Shown here in pieces: positions 44,601-57,887 of a DNA stretch of 64,000 nucleotides. Source of the DNA: Chrysomallon squamiferum (lineage: Eukaryota > Animalia > Mollusca). The stretch's first letter is position 1; each line of letters starts with the position of its first letter. The stretch spans positions 32,240,001 through 32,304,000 of the forward strand of contig CM022670.1 in NCBI GenBank assembly GCA_012295275.1. Direction: 5' to 3'. The notes under the pieces are model-generated. The model was not told where the DNA came from. It was given only the letters and a program-made list of their open reading frames with translations, and did not search any database. Made by a program: the position numbers and the translations under genes.

Positions 44601-46114
44601 TCTCATCATGTGTACATCTAACAAGTTATAAATTTATTTTAATCCAATATAAAAATGCGTTTTATTCCGGAGAAAATGTTAGCAGTATCATTTTGTATAT
44701 GTAATTCAAAGCTTTTAAAAACTGTCAGCAACCAGGTGTTATCGTCGTACCTATTTGTCGCCTCCGACATTGAAAATATCAAGTTTACCAAGTTTCTGAA
44801 AAGAACTGAAAAATTGCATAGCGATCAGTTTTCCAGAAATGATTTACAGTTCCCAGCTTTTCATATACAAGGTCCATGAGGTGTCAGTACGGCTCACAGT
44901 TAAACTTTATGGGAAACACACGTAACTTATCAGCTGAAAATCAATCTCCTTAGAAGTGTGGACGGCAATGGAGCGATAAAACGAGTATTTTAAGACATCC
45001 TTCGTTCTTTCAAATAGGAGAACCTACAAATGACACCCAGACCCAGACACACACACACACACACTAACACACAGAGAGAGAGAGAGAGAGAGATACTAAT
45101 TAATATATATAAATATTCACATACATTATTATTATTATTATTTATCATAGTTAGGAATAATGGTGTGATCTTTTTTCATAATCAAAGCAAAAGTTCAAGT
45201 ATTTTATGAGGAGAGGAAATGATTATTCTTCAGTGAAACTGAAAAAAGTCCGATACATTTCATTATAATCATCACTCCTCCATGCGCTGTTTGGGCCTTT
45301 CCCTGTTCTAGTCCATGGTTTACTATTGCATTGCTTAGTTGTGTAAAGATGTTGAACAAAATAAAACAAAACCAAAATAAATAAATAAATAAAAATAAAA
45401 ATTAATTGATTCGTGAAACTGAAGAAGTGAAATTTGTCTATAGGTTTAAATTAACCCATCAATGGTAGTGTGTGCGAGACTGGTACTTCCATCTCGTGCA
45501 TGTTCGAGGTCGTAATTGGCTACTCCTTGAAGTACACTCAAAGGCGTGATCATTGTCATTTATAACACATGAAACTGTCGGGTGGTCATTGACATTTGCT
45601 ATTATGCTGACTGGTCTAATTATGTTTATGATTAGATGTTTTGTGTGCTAACGACAACAGTGATTGGTCAGTTAAATGGTGAAAAATAACTATTAGCCAA
45701 CTGCTGAGAATTTATTACTTGTGAATGGATTCGAGTAGTTGCCTCAGTACAAAATATAGTAAATGTATTAGTGGGAGTTTAAAAAAGCAGCTGTAGCAGT
45801 ACGTGACAAAATTCAGATATTCAAAAATGAATGTCAAATTTTACTGTTTCTTTGCTATTCATTAGCGTGAACGTTCAAAAATTTGATATCCACAACTTGG
45901 TTGACTGAATAAATGAACGAATGACACCTCAACAAATTGTAATGTTATGGCCACAATGAACGTCGGGTGATTATTTAGACTGCTTTCTTCTTCTTTTTTT
46001 AAATGGTTGTGTTAAACAAATAATAATAAATATAAAAAAATAAATAAATGAATGCATTTTTCATCTAGTAGTTTTTAGATTTAAATGAAAATGTATATAT
46101 ATATGCACATACAT

Positions 46115-46115
<1 letters not shown>

Positions 46116-46196
<81 letters not shown>
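46116..46196. repeat. (CT)n microsatellite
   Basis: Directly visible. It explains the poly-ER and poly-LS ORFs. Confidence 0.95.
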
Positions 46197-46198
<2 letters not shown>

Positions 46199-48507
46199 GC
46201 ACACTCGAGCACACCACTGGGACCCATCCATTTACCCACCCTCGTAAACACACGAACGCGAGAAATGGTTTTATAATGGGAGACAACTCATGAAATTAAA
46301 TATGCTCATCGGTAATTCTAGGGTTGCGTTTCTTCTGTGTATGTATATAATACAGTTTAAAACGTTTGTAATAATGTTTTATTCTAAACACCAGTTTTTA
46401 TATAATCAAATAAGCTTAAAACAATAACAATAATAACACAAAATACTAAAAGTTCACACTTTGTATAAACTGATTAATGCTTACAATTAGGAAAAGAGCC
46501 ACCTCTTGAAGATTATCCTTAATTCAGCCACAATATTAAATATTCTGTGTTATAGGAGACAAGTATTACTTAATCATCTTTATTCATTATTCATTATTTA
46601 TTTATTATTTTGAAGAGCGACTGAACATTTTAAAATTTATTTATTTATTAAGACAATTAAAAATTAAATATTAAAATAATAATGTGGAAAACCAAAATAA
46701 TAATATCACCCCACCTAATCGAACATATAAGCTGTCATATAAACTGCACTGGTTAAATTTTAATATTTTTGAATGTGCAATACATTTTTGTTTTGTTTTG
46801 TTTTGGTTTTTAGTTTTTAGTTTTGTTTATTTGTTTCAAAAACTGCTGCCTACCGGTTTAAGGTAAGTTAGATATGTGTATTTAAAAACCAGTCAGTATA
46901 TGGATTCAGGAACCGATCTTATGAATTACTCTACCAGACAGTTGCGATGAAACAAAAAGGATGCTTTATATTAATAATCGTAAATATTTAAACATATCAA
47001 TTTAAATACATATTGTAGCCATTTCATCACATTTAAAACAGTTAGTTTTATGAATAACTTTTCATTATAAAATTAGAATTTCCTTTCAGAGCAGACATAA
47101 AATGATAACGACAGAACTACACTTTTTCTTTTACTTTTTCAGTTTTTCATTAATTATAATTATTAATTTCTACAATCTTCACTCTCACTCTTCGTTGTGG
47201 TTTTAAGTTCTAGATCTTTTAAGTTTGTGCTACTATTTTAGGCAGTGACTCAGAGCTGTAATAGAATACATTTCAATACGATTTCGTATACTGATGAAGG
47301 ACTGTGCAGTGAGTTTAATCACGGATAAAATCACGGATAAAATATACTCAGGTACTGAGGTAGGTTTAAGATTGTGTGTTTAAAGATATATATTAATTTT
47401 ATTATATTTATATGTAAAGAGGAAACAGTTTAGCCTAATTTTTTTTCTTTTTTTCTCACATCTCTTCAGAATAAATAATAATTTATTCAGGTCATTTTAT
47501 TTTATTGCTTAAAAAAACAAAACAAGGATATTATTGCTTCATTGTTATCAGATCAGAATTTTAAAAGATGATATTATGTGTCAGTACTGTTAATGGTTAT
47601 ATATAATAATATACAAATATGCCAGAGAGGTACATTTCTTTTTGATCACTTTGATGATTAAATACATAAAAAAATATTCTGTTTTGTAATTAATTTATGT
47701 AAAAGAATTAAAATGTCATATATCAACATTTTCAGGATTTACAAAAGAAAATGAACTTTTAACATAAATATCATGACGATAATGGATAAGAATTGCAGCC
47801 ATCTTTAGTACCAGAACACATATATTGTATGTATTAAGTAAAACCTTTATTTTTATGCAGATAAATAAAGAATACAAAGATGTGGGGTACAAAGAAATTA
47901 ATATAAGGAGCAGTTTAGTATTTCTAGTTTCAATGTGATAACTTTTGCAGTACGTTTTTTATAAACAGACAGAGAGTCATAGAGATATAAATAGATATGT
48001 ACAAAATATTACATTTTATAATATTTTTCAAACTGTGTTAACTATGAAGGTGTGTGTTTTGTTTTCAAGCAGAATGTGTATATATATGTCAAACAACATG
48101 TAATTGAAAACATTTCTTTCTAAAATGGATATGTAATATCTAAATTCTCTCCAGTAATAAAATTGCACAACAGATTAAAACCTTTACCAGATAAATACTT
48201 AAGAAATTCTGCTTTAAAACAACTCACATACCTACATAGTTAACACAGTTTGAAATATATTATAAAATGTATACATGTGTATATATTAAACTTAAATGAA
48301 AAATGAAAAATATTAATAAATTACCAGTAAATTTTATCTAATTTGGTTTTGTCTGATATTAATGAGTTGTTTGTTTTATTTATTTATTTATTTATTTATT
48401 TATTATTATTGTTATTATTATTATTAAGTCAAATGTTATTTTTTATTTATTAAAAATATTTGTCCATAGGTTATTGTTGCCCTTGAGAACAAACAGTCAA
48501 AAAAGCT

Positions 48508-48766
48508 ATGGGAACTGAAAGGGAGGTTTGTGAGCATCCTTCTAAAATTGACACGAAGACAAGTGAAAAAAATGTTAACCAACAGCAACTGCTACTTGAA
48601 CAACTACCTGATGATGTGCTCATGTATATATGCTATTTTCTGGAAGCAGCAGTTATTGAAATGTTAATGCTAATCTCAAAGAGATTTAATGATCTGCTGT
48701 CTGGAGAGTATTTCTGGAAAATGAAAATTTCAAAACGATGGCCTAAACGGTACCCAGCAATACCAG
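48508..48766 (+). CDS. FBXW9: FBXW9-like F-box/WD40 protein, coding exon 1 (F-box)
   Basis: LLEQLPDDVLMYICYFLE...LISKRFNDLLSGEYFWKMKISKRW F-box motif. Acceptor at 48469, donor G|GTAC, phase 1. Confidence 0.9.
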
Positions 48767-49292
48767 GTACAAAATTAGTTTGATCCCATGGACATTTGTG
48801 TAGGAGCATTTCTCTGCTACATTTTGTAAATTATTTTTTGTTATAAATGTTGAGATTTTAAGAGGATAAAAATATTATCTTTTATTATAATATTGTTTCT
48901 ATATTATTTATTTATTATTATTATTATTTTTTTTTAAATATGTTTATTTTTCATGATTTATATGTACATTTATTTTCAAATAATAAACTTTGATGATTTT
49001 GTTGTTTAGGCAGAATTAGTTCATTGACTGATCATTTTTGATTCTCATTGTGCCAGTTAGAAGTAGAATAACCAGTGCTTATTACATTTTCATTTAGAAA
49101 ATTACCAGTTTTACATGTCAAAATTTAATAAGGGAACACATGTAAATCATTCTAAATGTAATAAGGAATTAAATTGTGTCATCAGTCACTAGTGAATTGT
49201 CAAAGATTGAACCTTTTTTTCTTTCTTTTTTTGTTACATTATGATTATATCCTATTTGTTGGTCTTAAATTTTGTTATTTTGTGATATGCAG

Positions 49293-49432
49293 TAGAACCT
49301 TTTGACTGGAAGCAGGCTTGTTTGGAAAGAGAGTACGCATACAAATCATGGACTCATGTAGAAGAGCACCTGGAACATTTTACTTACAATGCTGGACTGT
49401 TTGCTTCAGTTGATGCTGTACATTTGATGCAG
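49293..49432 (+). CDS. FBXW9: FBXW9-like, coding exon 2
   Basis: VEPFDWKQACLERE...GLFASVDAVHLMQ resembles the FBXW9 FDW..AC.E.E and SVDSV segments. AG/GTAAG boundaries, phases consistent. Confidence 0.9.
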
Positions 49433-49783
49433 GTAAGAAAACCACATATTAATGATAATCTCTCTTAAATTTAGAAATATTTATTTCATTTTTGAAACAT
49501 TGGATGGAACAACTTACAATCCAGAACAATTTTATTAAACTACACCGATTTTTGTTTTTTTTAAATGTAAATTTTTTTTAAATTAATAATTGAATGTAAC
49601 AGATTAAAAATAAGCATTTAAAAATAATTTCAAAGAATTGCACTTAACAGCATTTTAACTTGTTTACAGTTCATTAACAAAATGCAGTTTTAATTTACAC
49701 AGTTTTAATATCAGCTTGAAGGTCTTTTAACTAATCATAAATATCTCTTTGAATATTATTTTATTTTACTCTTTTATTGACAG

Positions 49784-49912
49784 AATGGAGAGATACTCGC
49801 TGCTGGTTCACGGGATCGTTACCTGTCAATTCTTAACTTAAAAAAATATGACAGTAATAATCCAGAATCTAAATTAGATATGAAGATTTACAGCAACTGT
49901 AAAATTCATAAA
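49784..49912 (+). CDS. FBXW9: FBXW9-like, coding exon 3 (WD40)
   Basis: NGEILAAGSRDRYLSILNL...KIHK. CAG acceptor, GTATGT donor, phase 0/0. Confidence 0.9.
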
Positions 49913-51043
49913 GTATGTTTATACTCACCCTAAGGTTCACTAACATATTATAGAGGTCTGCTTCATATATTTTAAAAAATCTATTATTATTATTGTTTTT
50001 TTTTTTTTTTTTTATTTTATATAATACTGTAATATAATCTCAAATATGAAGGAACATAAAATTGTATTTTAATCTAAAAATAATAATATTGACAACTGTT
50101 ATACTGCTTTGAAGAATTTATTTTACCTCCATTTTTTTATCATCTTGTACATTTTGTCTCATTAACTACATTCTCTGCTGAATGTATTAATGGGTGGGTT
50201 TTTTTTTTTTTTGCATTTGTATATATATATATATATATATAAAACATTACTGTAACTGTAAGATGATAGTGAAAAATGTCCCTGAAGGAATTAACTATAT
50301 TTGCAGTTCTCAACTGCATGTACCCTGAATTACATTCCTCGTCATGAAAATCTGAAACTTTTAATAAATTATACTGTTTATCCTTTGATAAGGATCTAGT
50401 GGAAGATGGCAGTTAAGAAAAGGAAAATAATGATACACTGAATTATTGCTGTTTAAATGAATGGTAAATATTGAGTTCATGTGCCAAATATCTACTTTTC
50501 TTCAGACCTGACATTAGCTGCTTTAAATGCTTTAAAATTACTCATTGCATTTCCCTTAAAATGTAATAATGTCAAAAACATTTAAATTTATGGGTATCAT
50601 ATGGATTCATTTAGTAAAAAGATTTAGTTTTGCCATGTTGCGTTTACTGTTTCTGAAAGCTGCAGACCCCCCCCAAAAGAACAAAGATGAGAAGCTTGAC
50701 TTTACAAATTTAGTCCCAACTGTTCTGCAGATCCATTAAGAGTTGTATAAGGATGCTTTCAAATCAGAAGAAAGTTTTAGTTAGTTATAATAATACTGTG
50801 AATTTTCATTTTTCTCTCACCTCAGTTATGGTTCATATTTGAATCCTTTGCTTCATGGAATACAGTATATTTCTTTCATGATAATTAAGGGATTCGAAAT
50901 TTCCCCAAATTGCACAAATTGAAAATGATCTGTTAAATAATACTATTATTAGTATCAATAATATACATATCATTAAAATTCTTAATTTCAGTTTTGATTT
51001 TAGATTTATTTATAAATATAATTGATTATCTCTTTTCTTGCAG

Positions 51044-51156
51044 GGTTGGATTTGGTCAATTAAATCACTGGACAATATTCTAGTAACTGCATCATGGGAT
51101 ACTTATATCAGACTTTTGGATCTGAATGCAGAATGTGCAGTTCTAGATAGTTTCAA
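51044..51156 (+). CDS. FBXW9: FBXW9-like, coding exon 4 (WD40)
   Basis: GWIWSIKSLDNILVTASWDTYIRLLDL. TTGCAG acceptor, GTAAAT donor, phase 2. Confidence 0.92.
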
Positions 51157-51582
51157 GTAAATATATTTTTTATGACAGATGTGACAAAATGTATTTTTCA
51201 ATAATCATGTTTATTTCAATTGTTTTCTTTCTAATGGTTTTTCCTTTATGCCTTTGTATAAAAGAGGAGTGGAAATGAAAGATTTTTTTCTTATATTATC
51301 ATTATGTTTAAAACAAATGATTAGTACATAATAAATTATTTTAAAAGGTGTTAAAACTTAAATATTTGTTCATCAGTTTTGATTTTCTTATTGAAACAAT
51401 ATAATTCTAGCATTCAATTTATAAATTTTAAAATATTCTTTAAAGCTGAGATTATGTTGTGGTCTGTATTTTTTCCATAGAATGATTTTATTTTTTTTTT
51501 TTTTTAATTTTCATAATATGTTTTATTATTGTAAGGAAGATATGTATAAGTAATCCTTTTAAAATTAAATATTTTGTTTCAG

Positions 51583-51817
51583 ATGTAAATCAGCTGTTCT
51601 TGATGTTTACATAGAGCCGTCTTTGATTATTGCTGCTGGTTACGACAAAAGACTGTATTTCGTTGACAGGAGAGAAAATAAAATATCTGTAATGAAAAAT
51701 CATGCTGCACCTGTATTGTGTCTATCAGTAGATGATAAATTTATTTTATCTGGCAGTGAAGATAAAACAATCTCAGTTTTTGACAGAGAAGCAGGAAAAG
51801 TTTTAAAAACTCTAGAG
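51583..51817 (+). CDS. FBXW9: FBXW9-like, coding exon 5 (WD40)
   Basis: CKSAVLDV...AAGYDKRLYFVDRR...HAAPVLCLSVDDKFILSGSEDKTISVFDREAGKVLKTLE. TTTCAG acceptor, GTAAAA donor. Confidence 0.93.
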
Positions 51818-52355
51818 GTAAAAGCTTGTATATTTTTGTGTTCTTTTTAATAGGTATTAGCTTTGAAATGGTAATAAGGCTTATTGAAGACTCAAGATTT
51901 AATTATTAACTGACAAATAATAATTTCATTTGTTTAATTTAGAAGTAATATAATTGTTAATAATATTGTAAAGATGGTTAAAGTGTACTTATTGCAAATC
52001 TGGTAAAATACCTAAATACATTAATTTGTTTCTAGATGTTAACCTTTACTAAAATATAACACTTTCAATCATTATGAGGATAGATTGAAATTACCAGTTT
52101 CTTCTGTTTCATAACATCATAAACAATATAATTATGATAAGATAATGGATATCTCAGCTGGATGATTTACTAAGACAGGGTTTTTAAAATTTGTTTTATG
52201 TTTTTGCTTTTGTCTGATTTTTACAAAGTATTCTCTGTGAAAGTTGTTTTATCATTAATCTTTATTACTGGCAAGGTTCATAACCCGTTAAAAGATTCAT
52301 ACAATATGCATTAAGGTTATTTGTTCACATTTCATTCCACTACATTTCATTATTA

Positions 52356-52957
52356 CAGGGTTTGTACACATTGGGCAGTCAAAAGTTCCGTAACTTTTCA
52401 AAAGCTTTTCATAGCCCACAATTCCAAAACCATTTCCAAGCAAACTCAGTCACAACAGTGTTTTTTGCAGTTTTTAGACATGTTTGTAGACATGTTTGTC
52501 CAAGTTAAAACTTTTGCTTGGCCTAAGCTGTGTGGTATACATGAAGGATTACTAGTGTCATGACTATTGCCAGAAATATGAATACAGAAGTTGTCGCATT
52601 CCTTTCTTCTTATTCCCCTATCTTTAAAATGCCCCAAATCCTATTCCTTATGGATAGCCTGACATAATACTTCAGGATCAGGCTAAAACAGAACAACTAC
52701 CAAAGCATAATCATTTTTGTTGGCTAGGCTATAACGGCACCTCATAGAGTCATAACATTGGCTAAAACAGGGCATTGGGTCAAGGCTAAATATTGGTGAA
52801 ACAAATGAGTTTTTCATACATTTTATTTACAGCAAGGACATCATTTTCTGTAACTTTTCCACAGCCAAGTTAATAACACCTGATTTTAAGGTCCTGGAAA
52901 ACACTCTGACAAATTTCTAAAACTTTCCAAGATTTTCCAAAATGTTTACAAACCCTG
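52356..52957. mobile_element. MITE / non-autonomous DNA transposon with CAGGG termini in an FBXW9 intron
   Basis: CAGGGTTTGTACACATT at the left and AATGTTTACAAACCCTG at the right (17-bp TIR, 1 mismatch). TTATTA flanks both sides. Subterminal TTTTCCA-like motifs are repeated near both ends. Confidence 0.8.
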
Positions 52958-53175
52958 TTATTACCTGTTATGCTATTTCTCTTAGCTACTGCTCCAAACT
53001 AACATTTTAATTATGTACTACAGTGTACATAAAATAAAATATGTCTATATCAAATTTTATCTGCTGTTGCATTTGGACATTTGTATTCCTGTGTGCATGT
53101 CCATTACTTGAATAGTTTTTAATTGTAAAATATATATTTATGCATTAAAATATAGAAATGGCTTCTTTATTTCAG

Positions 53176-53289
53176 CTGGAAGCTTTTCCTATGTCTATGA
53201 GTTGGGTGGATGATCAACTCTGGGTTGGTGATAAAGAAGGTCATATTCATTTATATGATGCAAGAGGTGGTGCTTTCGATATTGTTGAT
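53176..53289 (+). CDS. FBXW9: FBXW9-like, coding exon 6
   Basis: LEAFPMSMSWVDDQLWVGDKEGHIHLYD. TTTCAG acceptor, GTGAGT donor, phase 0/0. Confidence 0.9.
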
Positions 53290-53525
53290 GTGAGTTAACT
53301 AATATATTGCAGTTCAATGTACCATTGACCTAGAGTTTAGTCCAATATTAATGAATCAGTGCATTCACATATTAATTTGTTTGAAATTTCCTGTTAAAAA
53401 ACAATAACTGCAATAATTCATGTTGTCTGTGTGTATATATCACCATTTTTATTATTTTATTTTTCTTGTGTGTGTATGTTTTGTTTTTCAAAATACATTA
53501 ATATTTGCAAACTCTGTTTTTGCAG

Positions 53526-53684
53526 ACTTATGATGTGGGTCATAATGGGAAAGTGACTGGTATATTGTACACTCGAGGTGCTATTTATACATGCTCAACG
53601 GATCGAACCATCAACATAGTGGAGCCCAGTCGTAATCCTGACATTATCAACACACTCACAAACCACAATGGTGATGTAGCAGGG
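53526..53684 (+). CDS. FBXW9: FBXW9-like, coding exon 7
   Basis: TYDVGHNGKVTGILYTRGAIYTCSTDRTINIVEPSRNPDIINTL. TTGCAG acceptor, GTGTGT donor. Confidence 0.9.
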
Positions 53685-53929
53685 GTGTGTAAAAGATCAA
53701 TTGTTTTTTAAGTTTATTATCAAATTGGCAATATAATTAAGCATAAATATTGTATTATGAATAATTATTGCTTTTTAGATAGAAAATCTCATCTAATAGT
53801 TAGGCATTTTAAGATAACATTTATTTTTATCAGTATTTGAAACATGTATCAATGTACCTTTTATTGACAATAAAATCCTGACATTATTAACACAAACTAT
53901 AATGGTATTATAATAATACAGGAATAAGA

Positions 53930-53962
<33 letters not shown>

Positions 53963-54135
53963 ATATATATTTTTTTTAAATTTATTGGTAATATAATTTA
54001 GCTTAAATATTGAACTGAACAATTATTGCTCTTTAGATAGAAAATTTCTTCCAACAATTAACCTGAACATGATTATTTTTAATATTATGTTCCGTTAGTA
54101 TAATGTCTTTTTAAAACAAATTATTTATATTTCAG

Positions 54136-54225
54136 ATCAGTTATCAAAACAAGGTCCTTGCCAGTGCTGGCAGTGATATATGTATTGGCATATGGAGACC
54201 AAAATCAGTGGAAGAATACTCATAA
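54136..54225 (+). CDS. FBXW9: FBXW9-like, last coding exon
   Basis: ISYQNKVLASAGSDICIGIWRPKSVEEYS-stop. The eight exons sum to 1239 nt, an uninterrupted 412 aa ORF. Confidence 0.88.
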   Translation: MSYQNKVLASAGSDICIGIWRPKSVEEYS

Positions 54226-56322
54226 ATTATAACACTTAGTTTTTACATTAGAAATTTAAACATTCAGAATTCTATCTCACAGTAAAAGACATTCAGAAAA
54301 GAGATCAAAATCAGGGGAAAAGTGGGAATGTTAATGGGTAATCCAGTATTTCAAGGCTAGGTATGCTTACAGAAAGTACATGATTCATTACCTGGTGATA
54401 ATAATATTACTTGAATACACAGCGAAATGCTAAGTGTAAACCAGATGTTATACTTGTTTACAGAATTTAAAGGAAACAATGCCATGACTGCTAGTGTTGA
54501 CACGTGATAGATAACAAGCAGAAAAGAAACTCAGAACAAAAATTACTGAAACATAATGAGTAAACCAAAGAAGCTCGTAAATGAATGAGTTGAGGTGCAG
54601 CAGGCTTTTAACCTATATTTCCTGGGGGAACACCTTAACTCAAATATCATCATTTTACTCGACTACTATATCAGCTATGTGGTTTTTTGATGGAGTAGCA
54701 TCTCAACAGAAATATTTACAAAGACCAACAGAAAAAGGCAGCTGCATTTATTTGTCTTTTAAGAAAATCTTTACCTATCAGTCTCACAAATCATCTTACT
54801 TGAGACCAAGAATTAATTGAAGCGCCACATAATTCTCATTTTATGCACAAAACAAATCACCATTTGAAATGATGTCTAAAACTAAAAAAGCTCTCCCCCC
54901 AAAAGAAATGATCAATTAATTTTGGTGTTTTCAAAGTAAAATTGAGTGTCTTTTTTTGTATATTTTTTCACTTCTTTTTTTTGTCCCTTCAGATGGTTAT
55001 GCTTTAATCAGCTACTGTTAGGATTTAGTTTTTTTCGTTTACATTATCCTAATATTTTAGTGGATTTGATTAACTCGTTTTCCTTTCATAGCTTAGAGGA
55101 GATTGCAATCTAATAGATCAGCATTTATATTTATTTCCTTTCATGGTTATTATTTTTTTTATTTTGCTTCCATAAAGTATTTATTGATCTAAAATAAATT
55201 TTTATTAAAAATATATATATTTCAAAACAAAATACATGAATTAAATAATAATTTTCAAAAATGGGCCTAAAAATAAACTTACATAAAAAGACCTTAAAAC
55301 ATCTAAAAAGCATTTTATGTTTTATTTCTTTTTCCCCACACTGAAATGTCAATGATAAAAATATTAACCATAAATATCCATCTTCTCAAATAATACTCAG
55401 GTTTGGCTTTATAAATCTTTATTTGTATAGCCAGTTTAAAATAAATGTGATAATTTTTTTTTTTTTAAATTTCTGTGTGTGGTATTCGTCAAATTTGTAA
55501 TAAGTAGATATTTTATAATCTGCAACTTCAGTTTTCTTAAAATATAAAGGAGGAAGAAGAAAAAAGTTTTAAAATATTTGATTTATTTTAAATCTTTAAT
55601 TCGGCATTGGTATTATTAATTTTTTTATTACTGTTTATTATTATTTTAAAAAATAATTTTTAAATAAACATTCCTTTCCAAGCAGCTTGTAGTCACTTGT
55701 GATAATATAAAAATTAAAAAGTCATCCTTTGTAGATATATCACTTTTAGCATTTTAATTATTTTTGTTGAATTGTCATTATATATTTTTATTTTTGTTTG
55801 ATATTAACAGTTTAATAAAATTGTAATTTAACGTTTTGGTTTTAATTTTTGTAGTTACTCTGTCTAGTTTTGAAATGTAAATGTCTATTGCATCTTAAAA
55901 TTTGTCCAGTATTTCTGGATGAATCATGAATTCTACCGTGACAACATGTCCAGGATCCTGACAGACTCATTCAGTTAATTATTTTAGTTTATTTGTCAGT
56001 TATTTTACAGATTATAAGTACAAATGCCATGACAAAAAACTGGCTCCACATTAAATTTCATTTTTAATATTTCACCAGGCCATCAAAAAAAAAAAATGTT
56101 CAAGAAAACAGGAAAAAACTTTAATTTCCACTCTTAAATAAATACAATCAATGTTATAAAATTTCCATTTCCTGAAAAGAGAAAATTCTTGATTTTAAAT
56201 GGAAGACTTCAAAGGAAATATTTGTGACTCTAATTATGATGTAATGTGTTCTTCATAAATCCACTATCAAGTTATCTTAAAATGTCACATTTCACATCAC
56301 AACTATAAAATAATGTTTTTTT

Positions 56323-56539
56323 TCATTCATACACTTGTATAACTTTGTTCCATTCATCTTTGGGCCAAACTCCATTTTCTCTCACATTTGGTGGACTTTT
56401 CTTCCAGCTCCATGTATGCACTGGTATAAACCAGTCTTTTCCATAGTTAGCATTAATATAAGCTTCTGTTTGACAGGGAACCCTCACACGAAGCTCCAGC
56501 AGCTCTGTCCAGCAAAGGGTAAATTTTGGAAAGATGTAT
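56323..56539 (-). CDS. FKTN: Fukutin, last coding exon
   Basis: [71 protein letters not shown]-stop. The exons total 1344 nt (447 aa). Confidence 0.95.
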
Positions 56540-56775
56540 CTGTGTACAAATAGAAGTTATATTTTTAATGTAATTAATGTTTCATTTTTTAAATTTAATT
56601 TTTAATTTTTTTAAAGCAAGCAAACATATACATTACAAGGTAACTCAATAGATGTTTTCAGTTTATTTGTTCACAACCATTGCACATATAAAGGCCTATA
56701 TGGTTGCCAAATGTTTATTTAAAAAGTTATGTATATGGCAAAATAAGCAAATAAAAATTAAAAATTAATACATAC

Positions 56776-56900
56776 TTATATTTTGTCCCAATCCAGGCAT
56801 CAGTTCCTCCATTCCATATGTAATTTTCTTCTTCATAGAAAAAAAATATGTCCAACTTGATTTCACCAGCCTTGAAGGATAATTCAAAACTATCGGATTC
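56776..56900 (-). CDS. FKTN: Fukutin, coding exon 7
   Basis: ESDSFELSFKAGEIKLDIFFFYEEENYIWNGGT...KYK. Confidence 0.95.
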
Positions 56901-57352
56901 CTTATAGAATAAAACGGACAAAAAGAGATTAAACTTTAAAACAGAAAAATTTGAACACTCCAAGCTGTCATTATCAAATTAATATCCAAAACATATTATT
57001 TTTATAATCATTTATATGTGCCTGTTTGATAATTGTGTATTAATCTTTTTTCTCCATAACAAAATTTTATCAAAACATCATTTAATATTTGTACTGAGTA
57101 AGGCATGTTAAAAATGCATTAAATTATATTTGATTTTATTTCCAAATATTTTATGGTTAATTTGTCAGAAGCAAGTGACTGTTGTAAATACTTCTTAACT
57201 GTACTAGTTGGCTAGAAAATATTTTATTATTATTATTTTTATTTCTGATGTTTTTATCCTTCTGTTATATTTTAGTATTATCATACAGATATAAGGAAGA
57301 TTATCTGTAATGTGAGCAGCCACCATGTGCATCAAGAATTTGTTACTAATAC

Positions 57353-57486
57353 CTTGCCAAATACATGCTTCAATTTAAAACCTCTGTTTTCAAAAGAATT
57401 GATTATTTGTTCACTGTAGTCCTTAATAAATATTCCAATATCAATGTCATTGCTGTAAGGAATAATGTCACACTGACGAAACCAAC
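57353..57486 (-). CDS. FKTN: Fukutin, coding exon 6 (catalytic DxD)
   Basis: [24 protein letters not shown]...LKHVFGK, with an intact DxD motif. Confidence 0.95.
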
Positions 57487-57887
57487 CTTAAAAGAGTTAA
57501 AATCTTTGAGTACATTTCATTAACATTTCTTATTATCTGCTATAAAATACAATTAATTAAAATTTTCATTAACCAACATTTAAATCAGTTCTTGCAAATT
57601 AACTTAAATGCAATATCTCCATCTAATTTCATTTATTACCATTTATTAACTTACGGAATAAACTTTTGTTATTACAGCATATATGACTAGTAAAAGAATT
57701 AAAATACAATAATTTGGTTACTGATAATTGTTTTAAATATTTTTTTATAAATTATTTATTTCTCCACTATTAATGACATCTGTTTATTATAAATGATTTA
57801 ACAATATTTTATAAACCTTGTGCTTACTGTTAAGACATTATTTGTAAAATACTGAACTCTATAATGTAAATTTTAATTCACTGTTAC

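Noticed and set aside
46065-46286. Poly-ER / poly-LS ORFs
   Set aside because: Translations of the (CT)n microsatellite.
47317-47343. 12-bp tandem AATCACGGATAA near the putative FBXW9 5' end
   Set aside because: A simple slippage duplication. The nearby candidate donors (~46862, ~47360) cannot be distinguished without transcripts.
54226-56322. Overlapping 3' UTRs of convergent FBXW9 and FKTN
   Set aside because: AATAAA occurs many times on both strands in this AT-rich gap, so cleavage sites cannot be called without 3'-end data.
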